From Candidatus Eiseniibacteriota bacterium (GTDB lineage: Bacteria > Eisenbacteria > RBG-16-71-46 > CAZEPH01): a stretch of 10,211 bases of DNA. The notes under the pieces are model-generated. The model saw only the letters and a list, made by a program, of their open reading frames with translations. It searched no databases and was not told the origin of the DNA. Where the stretch lies: positions 1 to 10,211 of the forward strand of contig JBGATO010000113.1 in the NCBI GenBank assembly GCA_044229145.1. The letters run 5' to 3'. Position 1 is the first letter of the stretch, and each line of letters opens with the position of its first letter. Below, in pieces: positions 8,896-10,211 of this stretch. Position numbers and translations under genes: made by a program.

Positions 8896-10211
8896 ATGAT
8901 CCCCACGATGTTGGCCGCGCGCCGCGCGGTTCCCGCAGCCCTCGCGGTCGCCTGCTGCGCGACCGTGGCCTTCGCCGATCCGCCCGCCGCAGGAGTCGAG
9001 GACTACGTGCGCGCGGCGTTGATGCGCGCGACGCCGGTGATGGCGGCGCGCGATGGGCCGCGGCTCGACGCCGTGGCGGGTGCACAGCGCGTGAATGACA
9101 TTTCGCACGGCAGCATCGGCGTGACGTTGCCGGGCGGCACGATGCCGGAGGTGCGGATCGGCACCGAGCAGACCTACGACGCGCACGCCGAACTCTCGTA
9201 TCTCGCGTGGGCGGGCGGACGTCCGGGCGATGCGGCGTACGCGGCCGCGCGGCTCGCCGATGCGGCAGCCGCCGAGCGTGCGCGGCAGGAACGCCAGACG
9301 GCGGCCGACGTACGCGCGGCGTATTGGGAGGCGGTGAAAGCGCGCCGGCTGCTCGACAGCGCGCGGCGGTCGCGCGAGGCGATGGCGGCGCACCGCGACG
9401 CGCTGCGCGCCGGTGCCGCGCAAGGCGTTGCGTTGGCGAGCGACCTCACGCGCGCCGAGTTGCGCGTCACGCAAGCGGAACTGGCGATCGTGCGCGCCGA
9501 GCGCGCGGCGTCGGTGACCGGCGTCGCGCTGTTGAATCTGTGCGGCCTCGCGGTGGATGTGCCGGTGGTGTTGAACGATTCTCTGCCGCCGACGCCGGGC
9601 GCCGACGGCGACGTCGCGCGCGCGGCGCAACTCGGCGACATCGTCACGCGGGCGTGGTCCGCGCGGCCGGATCTCGCGGCGCGCCATGCGCGTCTCGACG
9701 CCGCGACGCGAAGCGCGCGTGTCGCCTCGCGCGCCGGCTGGCCGTCGCTCGGATTGTCCGCGCTCGCCGGCTACGCACGGCCCGGCCTCAACAAGTTCGT
9801 CATCGACTGGGCCGGCTACTGGACGCTCGGTGTCTCGCTGCGCGTGCCGCTGTTCGACGGTGGCCAGCGGCGCGGCGACACCGACGCCGCCTACGCCATC
9901 GCCGAACGCGCGAACATCGAAGGCCAGCAGGCGGCGAAGGACATCACGCTCGACGTCACGCGCGCGCACTTGCAGTTGCGCGAGGCCGAGCACGCCGCCG
10001 CGCTCGGCGCACTCGCCGCGCGGCAGGCGGACGAGGACGCGCGCCTCGTGCACGCGCGCTTCGCGCAGGGCACCGCCACCAGCGTCGACGTGCTCGACGC
10101 CGAGACCGCCGCGTCCAACGCGCGCGACGAGGACATTCGCGCGCGCGCCGACTACGCCATCGCCCTCGCGGTGTGGAACCGCGCCACCGGCGAGGCGCAC
10201 GATGCCGCGCC
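8896..10211 (+). CDS. TolC-family outer membrane efflux protein, 3'-truncated by window edge (at least 438 codons)
   Basis: Hand translation, open from ATG 8896 (GAGGG upstream; ATG 8908 is an alternative) to the edge. Signal peptide ...AVPAALAVACCATVAFA|DPP. Two OEP repeats with ADVRAAYW, QGVALASDLTRAE, ARPDL, GWPSLGL, LGVSLRVPLFDGG, RFAQGTATSVDVLDAE and terminal LAVWNRATG. Absent from the ORF track because no stop lies in the window. Confidence 0.9.
   Translation, partial: MIPTMLAARRAVPAALAVACCATVAFADPPAAGVEDYVRAALMRATPVMAARDGPRLDAVAGAQRVNDISHGSIGVTLPGGTMPEVRIGTEQTYDAHAELSYLAWAGGRPGDAAYAAARLADAAAAERARQERQTAADVRAAYWEAVKARRLLDSARRSREAMAAHRDALRAGAAQGVALASDLTRAELRVTQAELAIVRAERAASVTGVALLNLCGLAVDVPVVLNDSLPPTPGADGDVARAAQLGDIVTRAWSARPDLAARHARLDAATRSARVASRAGWPSLGLSALAGYARPGLNKFVIDWAGYWTLGVSLRVPLFDGGQRRGDTDAAYAIAERANIEGQQAAKDITLDVTRAHLQLREAEHAAALGALAARQADEDARLVHARFAQGTATSVDVLDAETAASNARDEDIRARADYAIALAVWNRATGEAHDAA

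Noticed and set aside
8770..10200. 476-aa minus-strand ORF
   Set aside because: Antisense shadow of the TolC-family gene, and it runs through the tRNA. The plus frame has the signal peptide and family motifs.

Overview
The window has two visibly different halves joined by a C25/G35 homopolymer tract (4990-5054). The left half (1-~4960, moderate GC) looks like a defence island. It holds the 3' end of a SIR2-like (sirtuin-fold) gene that is translationally coupled (ATGA overlap) to a complete type I restriction subunit HsdR, followed by a convergent 371-aa orphan with a primase-like Cys/His zinc-ribbon motif. The right half (5055-10211, very GC-rich) is housekeeping: a class V PLP aminotransferase coupled to a short SerA-like D-2-hydroxyacid dehydrogenase, purA, tRNA-Lys(UUU) with a clear sigma70-type promoter, and a TolC-family outer-membrane protein running off the 3' edge. 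Neither edge gene is in the ORF track; I translated both by hand. The best candidate for an under-described system is the SIR2-like gene embedded directly upstream of hsdR. The homopolymer junction is probably a sequencing or assembly artefact, so linkage of the two halves should not be trusted. All family calls come from motif recognition by eye; no searches were run.
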